A stretch of DNA of 64,000 nt from Eledone cirrhosa (taxonomy: Eukaryota): the NCBI GenBank assembly GCA_964016885.1, contig OZ024740.1, forward strand, positions 137,640,001 to 137,704,000, written 5' to 3'. The translations under genes were made by a program, and so were the position numbers. Below the pieces are notes generated by a model. It saw only the letters and a list, made by a program, of their open reading frames with translations. It ran no database searches and had not been told where the DNA came from. This document shows, one piece after another, positions 44,101-58,200 of this stretch. Every line of letters begins with the position of its first letter. Position 1 is the stretch's first letter.

Positions 44101-47100
44101 TCTTTCTCTTATCACTTTTCTCTCAATCTCCAATTCTCTCTTTCTCTTATCACTTTTCCCCCATCTCCAATTCTCTCTTACTCTTATCACTTTTCTCTCA
44201 ATCTCCAATTCTCTCTTTCTCAAATAACTTTTCTCTCAATCTCCTATTCTCTCTTTCTCTTATCACTTTTCTCTCAATCTCCAATTCCCTCTTTCTCTTA
44301 TCACTTTTCTCTCAATCTCTAATTATCTCTTTCTCTTGTCACTTTTCTCTCAATCTCCAATTCTCTCTTTCTCTTATCACTTTTCTCTCAATCTCCAATT
44401 CTCTCTTTCTCTTATCACTTTTCTCCCCAATCTCCAATTCTCTCTTTCTCTTATCACTTTTCTCTCACTCTCCAATTCTCTCTTTCTCTTATGACTTTTC
44501 CCCCAATCTCCAATTCTCTGTTTCTCTTATCCCTTTTCTCTCAATCTCCAATTCTCTCTTTCTTTTCTCGCTTTTCCCCCAATCTCCAATTCTCTCTTTC
44601 TCTTCACACTTTTCCCCCAATCTCCAATTCTCTCTTTCTCTTATCACTTTTCCCCCAATCTCTAATTCTCTCTTTCTCTTATCCCTTTTCTCTCAATCTC
44701 CAATTCTCTCAATCTCTTATCAATTTTCTCTCAATCTCCAATTCCCTCTTTCTTTTATAATTTTCTCTCAATCTCTAATTCTCTCTTTCTCTCATCACTT
44801 TTCCCCCAATCTCCAATTCTCTCTTTCTCTTATCACTTTTCTCTCAATCTCCAATTCTCTCTTTCTCTTATCACTTTCCCCCAATCTCCAATTCTCTCTT
44901 TCTCTTATCACTTTTCTCTCACTCTCCAATTCTCTATTTCTCTTATGACGTTTCCCCCAATCCCCAATTCTCTCTTTCTATTATCACTTTTCTCTCAATC
45001 TCCAATTCTTTCTTTCTCTAATCACTTTTCCCCCAATCTCCAATTCTCTCTCTTTCTCTTCTCACTTTTCTCTCAATCTCCAATCCTCTCTTTCTGTTCT
45101 CATTTTACCCCCAATCTCCAATTCTCTCTTTCTCTTATCACTTTTCTTTTAATCTCCAATTCTCTCTTTCTCTTATCACTTTTCTCTCAATCTTCAATTC
45201 CCTCTTTCTCTTATCACTTTTCTCTCAATCTCCAATTCTCTCTTTCTCTTATCACTTTTCTCTCAATCTCCAATTCTCTCTTTCTCTTATCACTTTTCCC
45301 CCAATCTCCAATTCTCTCTTTCTCTTATCACTTTTCTCTCATTCTCCAATTCTCTCTTTCTCTTATCACTTTTCTCTCAATCTCCAATTCTCTCTTTCTC
45401 TTATCACTTTTTCCCCAATCTCCAATTCTCTCTTTCTCTTCTCACATTTCCCCCAATCTCCAATTCTCTCTTTCTCTCATCACTTTTCTCTCAATCTCCA
45501 ATTCTCTCTTTCTCTCCTCACTTTTCTCTGAATCTCCAATTCTCTCTTTATCTTCTCACTTTTCTCTCAATCTCCAATCCTCTCTTTCTGTTCTCAGTTT
45601 ACTCCCAATCTCCAATTCTCTCTTTCTCTTATCACTTTTCTCTCAAACTCCAATTCTCTCTTTCTCTTATCACTTTTCCCCCAATCTCCAATTCTCTCTT
45701 TCTATTATGACTTTTCTCTCAATCTCCAATTCTCTCTTTCTCTTATCACCTTTCCCCCAATCTCCAATTCTCTCTTTCTGTTATCAATTTTCTCTCAATC
45801 TCCAATTCTTTCTTTCTCTTATCACTTTTCTCTCAATCTCCAATTCTCTCTTTCACTTATCACTTTTCCCCCAATCTCCAATTCTCTCTTTCTATTATCA
45901 CTTTTCTCTCAATCTCCAATTCTCTCTTTCCATCACTTTTCTCTCCATCTCCAAGTCTCTCTTTCTCTTATCACTTTTCTCTCAATCTCCAAATCTCTCT
46001 TTCTCTCATCACTTTTCTCTCAATCTCCAATTCTCTCTTTCTCTTATCACTTTTCTCTCAATCTCCAATTCTCTCTTTCTCTTATCACTTTTCCCCCATC
46101 TCCAATTCTCTCTTACTCTTATCACTTTTCTCTCAATCTCCAATTCTCTCTTTCTCAAATAACTTTTCTCTCAATCTCCTATTCTCTCTTTCTCTTATCA
46201 CTTTTCTCTCAATCTCCAATTCCCTCTTTCTCTTATCACTTTTCTCTCAATCTCTAATTATCTCTTTCTCTTGTCACTTTTCTCTCAATCTCCAATTCTC
46301 TCTTTCTCTTATCACTTTTCTCTCAATCTCCCATTCTCTCTTTCTCTTATCACTTTTCTCCCCAATCTCCAATTCTCTCTTTCTCTTATCACTTTTCTCT
46401 CACTCTCCAATTCTCTCTTTCTCTTATGACTTTTCCCCCAATCTCCAATTCTCTCTTTCTCTTATCACTTTTCTCTCAATCTCCAAATCTCTCTTTCTCT
46501 CATCACTTTTCTCTCAATCTCCAATTCTCTCTTTCTCTTATCACTTTTCTCTCAATCTCCAATTCTCTCTTTCTCTTATCACTTTTCCCCCATCTCCAAT
46601 TCTCTCTTACTCTTATCACTTTTCTCTCAATCTCCAATTCTCTCTTTCTCAAATAACTTTTCTCTCAATCTCCTATTCTCTCTTTCTCTTATCACTTTTC
46701 TCTCAATCTCCAATTCCCTCTTTCTCTTATCACTTTTCTCTCAATCTCTAATTATCTCTTTCTCTTGTCACTTTTCTCTCAATCTCCAATTCTCTCTTTC
46801 TCTTATCACTTTTCTCTCAATCTCCAATTCTCTCTTTCTCTTATCACTTTTCTCCCCAATCTCCAATTCTCTCTTTCTCTTATCACTTTTCTCTCACTCT
46901 CCAATTCTCTCTTTCTCTTATGACTTTTCCCCCAATCTCCAATTCTCTGTTTCTCTTATCCCTTTTCTCTCAATCTCCAATTCTCTCTTTCTTTTCTCGC
47001 TTTTCCCCCAATCTCCAATTCTCTCTTTCTCTTCACACTTTTCCCCCAATCTCCAATTCTCTCTTTCTCTTATCACTTTTCCCCCAATCTCTAATTCTCT

Positions 47101-49400
47101 CTTTCTCTTATCCCTTTTCTCTCAATCTCCAATTCTCTCAATCTCTTATCTTTTTTCTCTCAATCTCCAATTCCCTCTTTCTTTTATAATTTTCTCTCAA
47201 TCTCTAATTCTCTCTTTCTCTCATCACTTTTCCCCCAATCTCCAATTCTCTCTTTCTCTTATCACTTTTCTCTCAATCTCCAATTCTCTCTTTCTCTTAT
47301 CACTTTCCCCCAATCTCCAATTCTCTCTTTCTCTTATCACTTTTCTCTCACTCTCCAATTCTCTATTTCTCTTATGACGTTTCCCCCAATCCCCAATTCT
47401 CTCTTTCTATTATCACTTTTCTCTCAATCTCCAATTCTTTCTTTCTCTAATCACTTTTCCCCCAATCTCCAATTCTCTCTCTTTCTCTTCTCACTTTTCT
47501 CTCAATCTCCAATCCTCTCTTTCTGTTCTCATTTTACCCCCAATCTCCAATTCTCTCTTTCTCTTATCACTTTTCTTATAATCTCCAATTCTCTCTTTCT
47601 CTTATCACTTTTCTCTCAATCTTCAATTCCCTCTTTCTCTTATCACTTTTCTCTCAATCTCCAATTCTCTCTTTCTCTTATCACTTTTCTCTCAATCTCC
47701 AATTCTCTCTTTCTCTTATCACTTTTCCCCCAATCTCCAATTCTCTCTTTCTCTTATCACTTTTCTCTCATTCTCCAATTCTCTCTTTCTCTTATCACTT
47801 TTCTCTCAATCTCCAATTCTCTCTTTCTCTTATCACTTTTTCCCCAATCTCCAATTCTCTCTTTCTCTTCTCACATTTCCCCCAATCTCCAATTCTCTCT
47901 TTCTCTCATCACTTTTCTCTCAATCTCCAATTCTCTCTTTCTCTCCTCACTTTTCTCTGAATCTCCAATTCTCTCTTTATCTTCTCACTTTTCTCTCAAT
48001 CTCCAATCCTCTCTTTCTGTTCTCAGTTTACTCCCAATCTCCAATTCTCTCTTTCTCTTATCACTTTTCTCTCAAACTCCAATTCTCTCTTTCTCTTATC
48101 ACTTTTCCCCCAATCTCCAATTCTCTCTTTCTATTATGACTTTTCTCTCAATCTCCAATTCTCTCTTTCTCTTATCACCTTTCCCCCAATCTCCAATTCT
48201 CTCTTTCTGTTATCAATTTTCTCTCAATCTCCAATTCTTTCTTTCTCTTATCACTTTTCTCTCAATCTCCAATTCTCTCTTTCACTTATCACTTTTCCCC
48301 CAATCTCCAATTCTCTCTTTCTATTATCACTTTTCTCTCAATCTCCAATTCTCTCTTTCCATCACTTTTCTCTCCATCTCCAAGTCTCTCTTTCTCTTAT
48401 CACTTTTCTCTCAATCTCCAAATCTCTCTTTCTCTCATCACTTTTCTCTCAATCTCCAATTCTCTCTTTCTCTTATCACTTTTCTCTCAATCTCCAATTC
48501 TCTCTTTCTCTTATCACTTTTCCCCCATCTCCAATTCTCTCTTACTCTTATCACTTTTCTCTCAATCTCCAATTCTCTCTTTCTCAAATAACTTTTCTCT
48601 CAATCTCCTATTCTCTCTTTCTCTTATCACTTTTCTCTCAATCTCTAATTCCCTCTTTCTCTTATCACTTTTCTCTCAATCTCTAATTATCTCTTTCTCT
48701 TGTCACTTTTCTCTCAATCTCCAATTCTCTCTTTCTCTTATCACTTTTCTCTCAATCTCCAATTCTCTCTTTCTCTTATCACTTTTCTCCCCAATCTCCA
48801 ATTCTCTCTTTCTCTTATCACTTTTCTCTCACTCTCCAATTCTCTCTTTCTCTTATGACTTTTCCCCCAATCTCCAATTCTCTGTTTCTCTTATCCCTTT
48901 TCTCTCAATCTCCAATTCTCTCTTTCTTTTCTCGCTTTTCCCCCAATCTCCAATTCTCTCTTTCTCTTCACACTTTTCCCCCAATCTCCAATTCTCTCTT
49001 TCTCTTATCACTTTTCCCCCAATCTCTAATTCTCTCTTTCTCTTATCCCTTTTCTCTCAATCTCCAATTCTCTCAATCTCTTATCAATTTTCTCTCAATC
49101 TCCAATTCCCTCTTTCTTTTATAATTTTCTCTCAATCTCTAATTCTCTCTTTCTCTCATCACTTTTCCCCCAATCTCCAATTCTCTCTTTCTCTTATCAC
49201 TTTTCTCTCAATCTCCAATTCTCTCTTTCTCTTATCACTTTCCCCCAATCTCCAATTCTCTCTTTCTCTTATCACTTTTCTCTCACTCTCCAATTCTCTA
49301 TTTCTCTTATGACGTTTCCCCCAATCCCCAATTCTCTCTTTCTATTATCACTTTTCTCTCAATCTCCAATTCTTTCTTTCTCTAATCACTTTTCCCCCAA
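37010..49400 (+). repeat. Tandem duplication of a ~6.18-kb super-unit made of three related subunits (1,820 + 2,429 + 1,935 bp)
   Basis: ORF pairs 37592/43772 and 38311/44491 (offset 6,180); 42671/48855 and 43125/49309 (6,184). Private variants ctcccattc (line starts 40141/46321), cttataatc (41391/47575) and ctaattccc (42461/48645) recur at these offsets. Confidence 0.87.
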
Positions 49401-52299
49401 TCTCCAATTCTCTCTCTTTCTCTTATCACTTTTCTCTCAATCTCCAATTCTCTCTTTATCTTCTCACTTTTCTCTCAATCTCCAATCCTCTCTTTCTGTT
49501 CTCATTTTACCCCCAATCTCCAATTCTCTCTTTCTCTTATCACTTTTCTTTTAATCTCCAATTCTCTCTTTCTCTTATCACTTTTCTCTCAATCTTCAAT
49601 TCCCTCTTTCTCTTATCACTTTTCTCTCAATCTCCAATTCTCTCTTTCTCTTATCACTTTTCTCTCAATCTCCAATTCTCTCTTTCTCTTATCACTTTTC
49701 CCCCAATCTCCAATTCTCTCTTTCTCTTATCACTTTTCTCTCAATCTCCAATTCTCTCTTTCTCTTATCACTTTTTCCCCAATCTCCAATTCTCTCTTTC
49801 TCTTCTCACATTTCCCCCAATCTCCAATTCTCTCTTTCTCTCATCACTTTTCTCTCAATCTCTAATTCTCTCTTTCTCACCTCACTTTTCTCTGAATCTC
49901 CAATTCTCTCTTTATCTTCTCACTTTTCTCTCAATCTCCAATCCTCTCTTTCTGTTCTCAGTTTACTCCCAATCTCCAATTCTCTCTTTCTCTTATCACT
50001 TTTCTCTCAAACTCCAATTCTCTCTTCCTCTTATCACTCTTCCCCCAATCTCCAATTCTCTCTTTCTATTATGACTTTTCTCTCAATCTCCAATTCTCTC
50101 TTTCTCTTATCACCTTTCCCCCAATCTCCAATTCTCTCTTTCTCTTATCACTTTCCTCTCAATCTCCAATTCTCTCTTTCTCTTATCACTTTTCCCCCAA
50201 TCTCCAATTCTCTCTTTCTGTTATCAATTTTCTCTCAATCTCCAATTCTTTCTTTCTCTTATCACTTTTCTCTCAATCTCCAATTCTCTCTTTCACTTAT
50301 CACTTTTCCCCCAATCTCCAATTCTCTCTTTCTATTATCACTTTTCTCTCAATCTCCAATTCTCTCTTTCTGTCATCACTTTTCTCTCCATCTCCAAGTC
50401 TCTCTTTCTCTTATCACTTTTCTCTCAATCTCCAAATCTCTCTTTCTCTTCTCACTTTTCTCCCAATCTCCAATTCTCTCTTTCTCTTCTCACTTTTACC
50501 CCAATCTCCAATTCTCTCTTTCTCTCATCACTTTTCTCTCAATCTCCAATTCTCTCTTTCTCTTATCACTTTTCTCTCAATCTCCAATTCTCTCTTTCTC
50601 TTATCACTTTTCCCCCATCTCCAATTCTCTCTTTCTCTTATCACTTTTCTCTCAATCTCCAATTCTCTCTTTCCCTTATCACTTTTCTCTCAATCTCCAA
50701 TTCTCTCTTTCTCAAATAACTTTTCTCTCAATCTCCTATTCTCTCTTTCTCTTATCACTTTTCTCTCAATCTCCAATTCCCTCTTTCTCATATCACTTTT
50801 CTCTCAATCTCTAATTATCTCTTTCTCTTGTCACTTTTCTCTCAATCTCCAATTCTCTCTTTCTCTTATCACTTTTCTCTCAATCTCCAATTCTCTCTTT
50901 CTCCTATCACTTTTCCCCCCAATCTCCAATTCTCTCTTTCTCTTATCACTTTTCTCTCACTCTCCAATTCTCTCTTTCTCTTATGACTTTTCCCCCAATC
51001 TCCAATTCTCTCTTTCTCTTATCCCTTTTCTCTCAATCTCCAATTCTCTCTTTCTTTTCTCGCTTTTCCCCCAACCTCCAATTCTCTCTTTCTCTTCACA
51101 CTTTTCCCCCAATCTCCAATTCTCTCTTTCTCTTATCACTTTTCCCCCAATCTCTAATTCTCTCTTTCTCTTATCCCTTTTCTCTCAATCTCCAATTCTC
51201 TCAATCTCTTATCAATTTTCTCTCAATCTCCAATTCCCTCTTTCTTTTATAATTTTCTCTCAATCTCTAATTCTCTCTTTCTCTCATCACTTTTCCCCAA
51301 ATCTCTAATTCTCTCTTTCTCTTATCCCTTTTCTCTCAATCTCCTATTCTCTCTTTCTCTTATCACTTTTCTCTCAATCTCCAATTCCCTCTTTCTCATA
51401 TCACTTTTCTCTCAATCTCTAATTATCTCTTTCTCTTGTCACTTTTCTCTCAATCTCCAATTCTCTCTTTCTCTTATCACTTTTCTCTCAATCCCCAATT
51501 CTCTCTTTCTCCTATCACTTTTCCCCCCAATCTCCAATTCTCTCTTTCTCTTATCACTTTTCTCTCACTCTCCAATTCTCTCTTTCTCTTATGACTTTTC
51601 CCCCAATCTCCAATTCTCTCTTTCTCATATCCCTTTTCTCTCAATCTCCAATTCTCTCTTTCTTTTCTCGCTTTCCCCCCAACCTCCAATTCTCTCTTTC
51701 TCTTCACACTTTTCCCCCACTCTCCAATACTCTCTTTCTCTTATCACTTTTCCCCCAATCTCTAATTCTCTCTTTCTCTTATCCCTTTTCTCTCAATCTC
51801 CAATTCTCTCAATCTCTTATCAATTTTCTCTCAATCTCCAATTCCCTCTTTCTTTTATAATTTTCTCTCAATCTCTAATTCTCTCTTTCTCTCATCACTT
51901 TTCCCCCAATCTCCAATTCTCTCTTTCTCTCATCACTTTTCTCTCAATTTCCAATTCTCTCTTTCTCTTATCACTTTTCCCCCAATCTCCAATTCTCTCT
52001 TTCTCTTATCACTTTTCTCTCACTCTCCAATTCTCTATTTCTCTTATGACGTTTCCCCCAATCCCCAATTCTCTCTTTCTATTATCAATTTTCTCTCAAT
52101 CTCCAATTCTTTCTTTCTCTAATCACTTTTCCCCCAATCTCCAATTCTCTCTCTTTCTCTTATCACTTTTCTCTAAATCTCCAATTCTCTCAATCTCTTA
52201 TCACTTTTCTCTCAATCTCCAATCCTCTCTTTCGGTTCTCAGTTTACCCCCAATCTCCAATTCTCTCTTTCTCTTATCACTTTTCCCCCAATCTCCAAT

Positions 52300-55200
52300 T
52301 CTCTCTTTCTCTTATCACTTTTCTCTCAATCTCCAATTCTGCTTTTCACTTATCACGTTTTCTCAATCTCCAATTCTCTCTTTCTCTTATCACTTTTCTC
52401 TCAACCCCCAATTCTCTCTTTCTCTTATCACTTTTCTCTCAATCTCCAATTCTCTCTTTCTCTCATGACTTTTCCCCCAATCTCCAATTCTCTCTTTCTG
52501 TTATCAATTTTCTCTCAATCTCCAATTCTTTGTTTCTCTTATCACTTTTCTCTCAATCTCCAATTCTCTCTTTCTCTTATCACTTTTCCCCCATCTCCAA
52601 TTCTCTCTTTCTCTTATCACTTTTCTCTCAATCTCCAATTCCCTCTTTCTCTTATCACTTTTCTCTCAATCTCTAATTCTCTCTTACTCTTATCACTTTT
52701 CCCCCCAATCTCCAATTCTCTCTTTCTCTTATCACTTTTCTCTCAATCTCCAATTCTCTCTTTCTCTTATGACTTTTCCCCCAATCTCCAATTCTCTCTT
52801 TCTGTTATCAATTTTCTCTCAATCTCTAATTCTCTCTTTCTCTTATCACTTTTCTCTCAATCTCCAATTCTCTCTTTCTCTTATCAATTTTCCCCCCAAT
52901 CTCCAATTCTCTCTTTCTCTTATCACTTTTCTCTCACTCTCCAATTCTCTCTTTCTCTTATGACTTTTCCCCCAATCTCCAATTCTCTCTTTCTCTTATC
53001 CGTTTTCTCTCAATCTCCAATTCTCTCTTTCTCTTATGACTTTTCCCCCAATCTCCAATTATCTCTTTCTCTTATCACTTTAACTCACTCTCCAATTCTC
53101 TCTTTCTCTTATCACTTTTCCCCCAATCTCCAATTCTCTCTTTCTCTTATCAATTTTCTCTCAATCTCCAATTCTTTCTATCTCTAATCACTTTTCCCCC
53201 AATCTCCAATTCTCTCTTTCTCTTATCACTTTTCTCTCAATCTCCAATACTCCTTTTCACTTATCACTTTTTTCTCAATCTCCAATTCTCTCTTTCTCTT
53301 ATCACTTTTCTCTCAATCTCCAATTCTCTCTTTCTCTTATCACTTTTCCCCCAATCTCCAATTCTCTCTTTCTCTTATCACCTTTCCCCCAATCTCCAAT
53401 TCTCTCTTTCTCTTATCACATTTCTCTCAATCTCCAATTCCCTCTTTCTCTTATCACTTTTCTCTCAATCTCTAATTCTCTCTTTCTCTTATCGCTTTTC
53501 TCTCAATCTCCAATTCTCTCTTTCACTTATCACTTTTCCCCCCAATCTCCAATTCTCTCTTTCTCTTATCACTTTTCTCTCAATCTCCAATTCTCTCTTT
53601 CTTTTCTCACTTTTCCCCCAATCTCCAATTCTGTATTTCTCTACACACAAATCCCCAAATCTCCAATTCTCTCTTTCTCTTATCACTTTTCTCTCAATCT
53701 CCAATTCTCTCTTTCTCTTATCACTTTTCCCCCAATCTCCAATTCTCTCTTTCTCTTATCTCTTTTCTCTCAATCTCCAATTGTCTCTTTCACTGATCAC
53801 TTTTCCCCCCAATCTCCAATTCTCTCTTTCTCTTATCACTTTTCTCTCACTCTCCAATTCTCTCTTTCTCTTATGACTTTTCCCCCAATCTCCAATTCTC
53901 TCTTTCTCTTCACACTTTTCCCCCAATCTCCAATTCTCTCTTTCTCTTATGACTTTTCCCCCAATCTCCAATTCTCTCTTTCTGTTATCAATTTTCTCTG
54001 AATCTCCAATTCTCTCTTTATCTTCTCACTTTTCTCTCAATCTCCTATCCTCTCTTTCTGTTCTCAGTTTACTCCCAATCTACAATTCTCTCTTTCTCTC
54101 ATCACTTTTCTCTCAATCTCCAATTCTCTCTTTCTCTTATCACTTTTCCCCCAATCTCCAATTCTCTCTTTCTATTATCACTTTTCTCTCAATCTCCAAT
54201 TCTCTCTTTCTCTTATCACCTTTCCCCCAATCTCCAATTCTCTCTTTCTCTTATCACTTTTCTCTCAATCTCCAATTCTCTCTTTCTCTTATGACTTTAC
54301 CCCCAATCTCCAATTCTCTCTTTCTGTTATCAATTTTCTCTCAATCTCCAATTCTTTCTTTCTCTTATCACTTTTCTCTCAATCTCCAATTCTCTCTTTC
54401 TCTTATCACTTTTCCCCCATCTCCAATTCTCTCTTTCTTTTATCACTTTTCTCTCAATCTCCAATTCTCTCTTTCTCTTAGCACTTTTCTCTCAATCTCC
54501 AATTCTCTCTTTCTCTTATCACTTTTCTCTCAATCTCCAATTCTCTCTTTCTCTTATCACTTTTCTCTCAATCCCCAATTCTCTCTTTCTCTTCTCACTT
54601 TTCCCCCAATCTCCAATTCTCTCTTTCTCTTATCACTTTTCCCCCAATCTCCAATTCTCTCTTTCTCTTATCACTTTTCTCTCAATCTCCAATTCTCCTT
54701 TTCACTTATCACGTTTTCTCAATCTCCAATTCTCTCTTTCTCTTATCACTTTTCTCTCAACCCCCAATTCTCTCTTTCTCTTATCACTTTTCTCTCAATC
54801 TCCAATTCTCTCTTTCTCTCATGACTTTTCCCCCAATCTCCAATTCTCTCTTTCTGTTATCAATTTTCTCTCAATCTCCAATTCTTTCTTTCTCTTATCA
54901 CTTTTCTCTCAATCTCCAATTCTCTCTTTCTCTTATCACTTTTCCCCCATCTCCAATTCTCTCTTTCTCTTATCACTTTTCTCTCAATCTCCAATTCCCT
55001 CTTTCTCTTATCACTTTTCTCTCAATCTCTAATTCTCTCTTTCTCTTATCACTTTTCCCCCCAATCTCCAATTCTCTCTTTCTCTTATCACTTTTCTCTC
55101 AATCTCCAATTCTCTCTTTCTCTTATGACTTTTCCCCCAATCTCCAATTCTCTCTTTCTGTTATCAATTTTCTCTCAATCTCTAATTCTCTCTTTCTCTT

Positions 55201-58200
55201 ATCACTTTTCTCTCAATCTCCAATTCTCTCTTTCTCTTATCAATTTTCCCCCCAATCTCCAATTCTCTCTTTCTCTTATCACTTTTCTCTCACTCTCCAA
55301 TTCTCTCTTTCTCTTATGACTTTTCCCCCAATCTCCAATTCTCTCTTTCTCTTATCCCTTTTCTCTCAATCTCCAATTCTCTCTTTCTCTTATGACTTTT
55401 TCCCCAATCTCCAATTATCTCTTTCTCTTATCACTTTAACTCACTCTCCAATTCTCTCTTTCTCTTATCACTTTTCCCCCAATCTCCAATTCTCTCTTTC
55501 TCTTATCAATTTTCTCTCAATCTCCAATTCTTTCTATCTCTAATCACTTTTCCCCCAATCTCCAATTCTCTCTTTCTCTTATCACTTTTCTCTCAATCTC
55601 CAATACTCCTTTTCACTTATCACTTTTTTCTCAATCTCCAATTCTCTCTTTCTCTTATCACTTTTCTCTCAATCTCCAATTCTCTCTTTCTCTTATCACT
55701 TTTCCCCCAATCTCCAATTCTCTCTTTCTCTTATCACCTTTCCCCCAATCTCCAATTCTCTCTTTCTCTTATCACATTTCTCTCAATCTCCAATTCCCTC
55801 TTTCTCTTATCACTTTTCTCTCAATCTCTAATTCCCTCTTTCTCTTATCGCTTTTCTCTCAATCTCCAATTCTCTCTTTCACTTATCACTTTTCCCCCCA
55901 ATCTCCAATTCTCTCTTTCTCTTATCACTTTTCTCTCAATCTCCAATTCTCTCTTTCTTTTCTCACTTTTCCCCCAATCTCCAATTCTGTATTTCTCTAC
56001 ACACAAATCCCCAAATCTCCAATTCTCTCTTTCACTTATCAATTTTCTCTCAATCTCCAATTCTCTCTTTCTCTTATCACTTTTCTCTCAATCTCCAATT
56101 CTCTCAATCTCTTATCACTTTTCTCTCAATCTCCAATCCTCTCTTTCTGTTCTCAGTTTACTCCCAATCTCCAATTCTCTCTTTCTCTTATCACTTTTCC
56201 CCCAATCTCCAATTCTCTCTTTCTATTATCACTTTTCTCTCAATCTCCAATTCTCTCTTTCTCTTGTAACCTTTCCCCCAATCTCCAATTCTCTCTTTCT
56301 CTTATCACTTTTCTCTCAATCTCCAATTCTCTCTTTCTCTTATGACTTTTCCCCCAATCTCCAATTCTCGCTTTCTGTTATCAATTTTCTCTCAATCTCC
56401 AATTCTCTCTTTCTCTTATCACTTTTCTCTCAATCTCCAATTCTCTCTTTCTCTTCTCACATTTCCCCCAATCTCCAATTCTCTCTTTCTCTCATCACTT
56501 TTCTCTCAATCTCCAATTCTCTCTTTCTCTCCTCACTTTTCTCTGAATCTCCAATTCTCTCTTTATCTTCTCACTTTTCTCTCAATCTCCAATCCTCTCT
56601 TTCTGTTCTCAGTTTACTCCCAATCTCCAATTCTCTCTTTCTCTCCTCACTTTTCTCTGAATCTCCAATTCTCTCTTTATCTTCTCACTTTTCTCTCAAT
56701 CTCCAATTCTCTCTTTCTCTTATCACTTTTCCCCCAATCTCCAATTCTCTCTTTCTCTTATCACTTTTCTCTCAATCTCCAATTCTCTCTTTCTCTTATC
56801 ACTTTTCTCTCACTCTCCAATTCTCTCTTTCTCTTATCACTTTTCCCCCAATCTCCAATTCTCTCTTTCTCTTATCAATTTTCTCTCAATCTCCAATTCT
56901 TTCTTTCTCTAATCACTTTTCCCCCAATCTCCAATTCTCTCTTTCTCTTATCACTTTTCTCTCAATCTCCAATTCTCTCTTTCTCTTATCACTTTCCCCC
57001 AATCTCCAATTCTCTCTTTATCTTATCACTTTTCTCTCAATCTCCAATTCTCTCTTTCTCTTCTCACATTTCCCCCAATCTCCAATTCTCTCTTTCTCTC
57101 CTAACTTTTCTCTCAATCTCCAATTCTCTCTTAATCTTCTCACTTTTCTCTCAATCTCCAATCCTCTCTTTCTATTCTCAGTTTACTCCCAATCTACAAT
57201 TCTCTCTTTCCCTCATCACTTTTCTCTCAATCTCCAATTCTCTCTTTCTCTTATCACTTTTCCCCCAATCTCCAATTCTCTCTTTCTATTATCACTTTTC
57301 TCTCAATCTCCAATTCTCTCTTTCTCTTATCCCCTTTCCCCCAATCTCCAATTCTCTCTTTCTCTTATCACTTTTCTCTCAATCTCCAATTCTCTCTTTC
57401 TCTTATGACTTTTCCCCCAATCTCCAATTCTCTCTTTCTGTTATCAATTTTCTCTCAATCTCCAATTCTCTCTTTCTCTTATCACTTTTCTCTCAATCTC
57501 CAATTCTCTCTTTCTTTTCTCACTTTTCCCCCAATCTCCAATTCTGTATTTCTCTACACACAAATCCCCAAATCTCCAATTCTCTCTTTCTCTTATCACT
57601 TTTCTCTCGATCTCCAATTCTCTCTTTCTCTTATCACTTTTCCCCCAATCTCCAATTCTCTCTTTCTCTTATCTCTTTTCTCTCAATCTCCAATTCTCTC
57701 TTTCACTGATCACTTTTCCCCCCAATCTCCAATTCTCTCTTTCTCTTATCACTTTTCTCTCACTCTCCAATTCTCTCTTTCTCTTATGACTTTTCCCCCA
57801 ATCTCCAATTCTCTCTTTCTCTTATCCCTTTTCTCTCAATCTCCAATTCTCTCTTTCTTTTCTCACTTTTCCCCCAATCTCCAATTCTCTCTTTCTCTTC
57901 ACACTTTTCCCCCAATCTCCAATTCTCTCTTTCTCTTATGACTTTTCCCCCAATCTCCAATTCTCTCTTTCTGTTATCAATTTTCTCTGAATCTCCAATT
58001 CTCTCTTTATCTTCTCACTTTTCTCTCAATCTCCTATCCTCTCTTTCTGTTCTCAGTTTACTCCCAATCTACAATTCTCTCTTTCTCTCATCACTTTTCT
58101 CTCAATCTCCAATTCTCTCTTTCTCTTATCACTTTTCCCCCAATCTCCAATTCTCTCTTTCTATTATCACTTTTCTCTCAATCTCCAATTCTCTCTTTCT

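Noticed and set aside
36302-56060. Short minus-strand R/E/K-rich ORFs (ERENWRLREK)
   Set aside because: They are reverse translations of the satellite, open only where variants remove the consensus TGATAA stops. There is no evidence of coding constraint.
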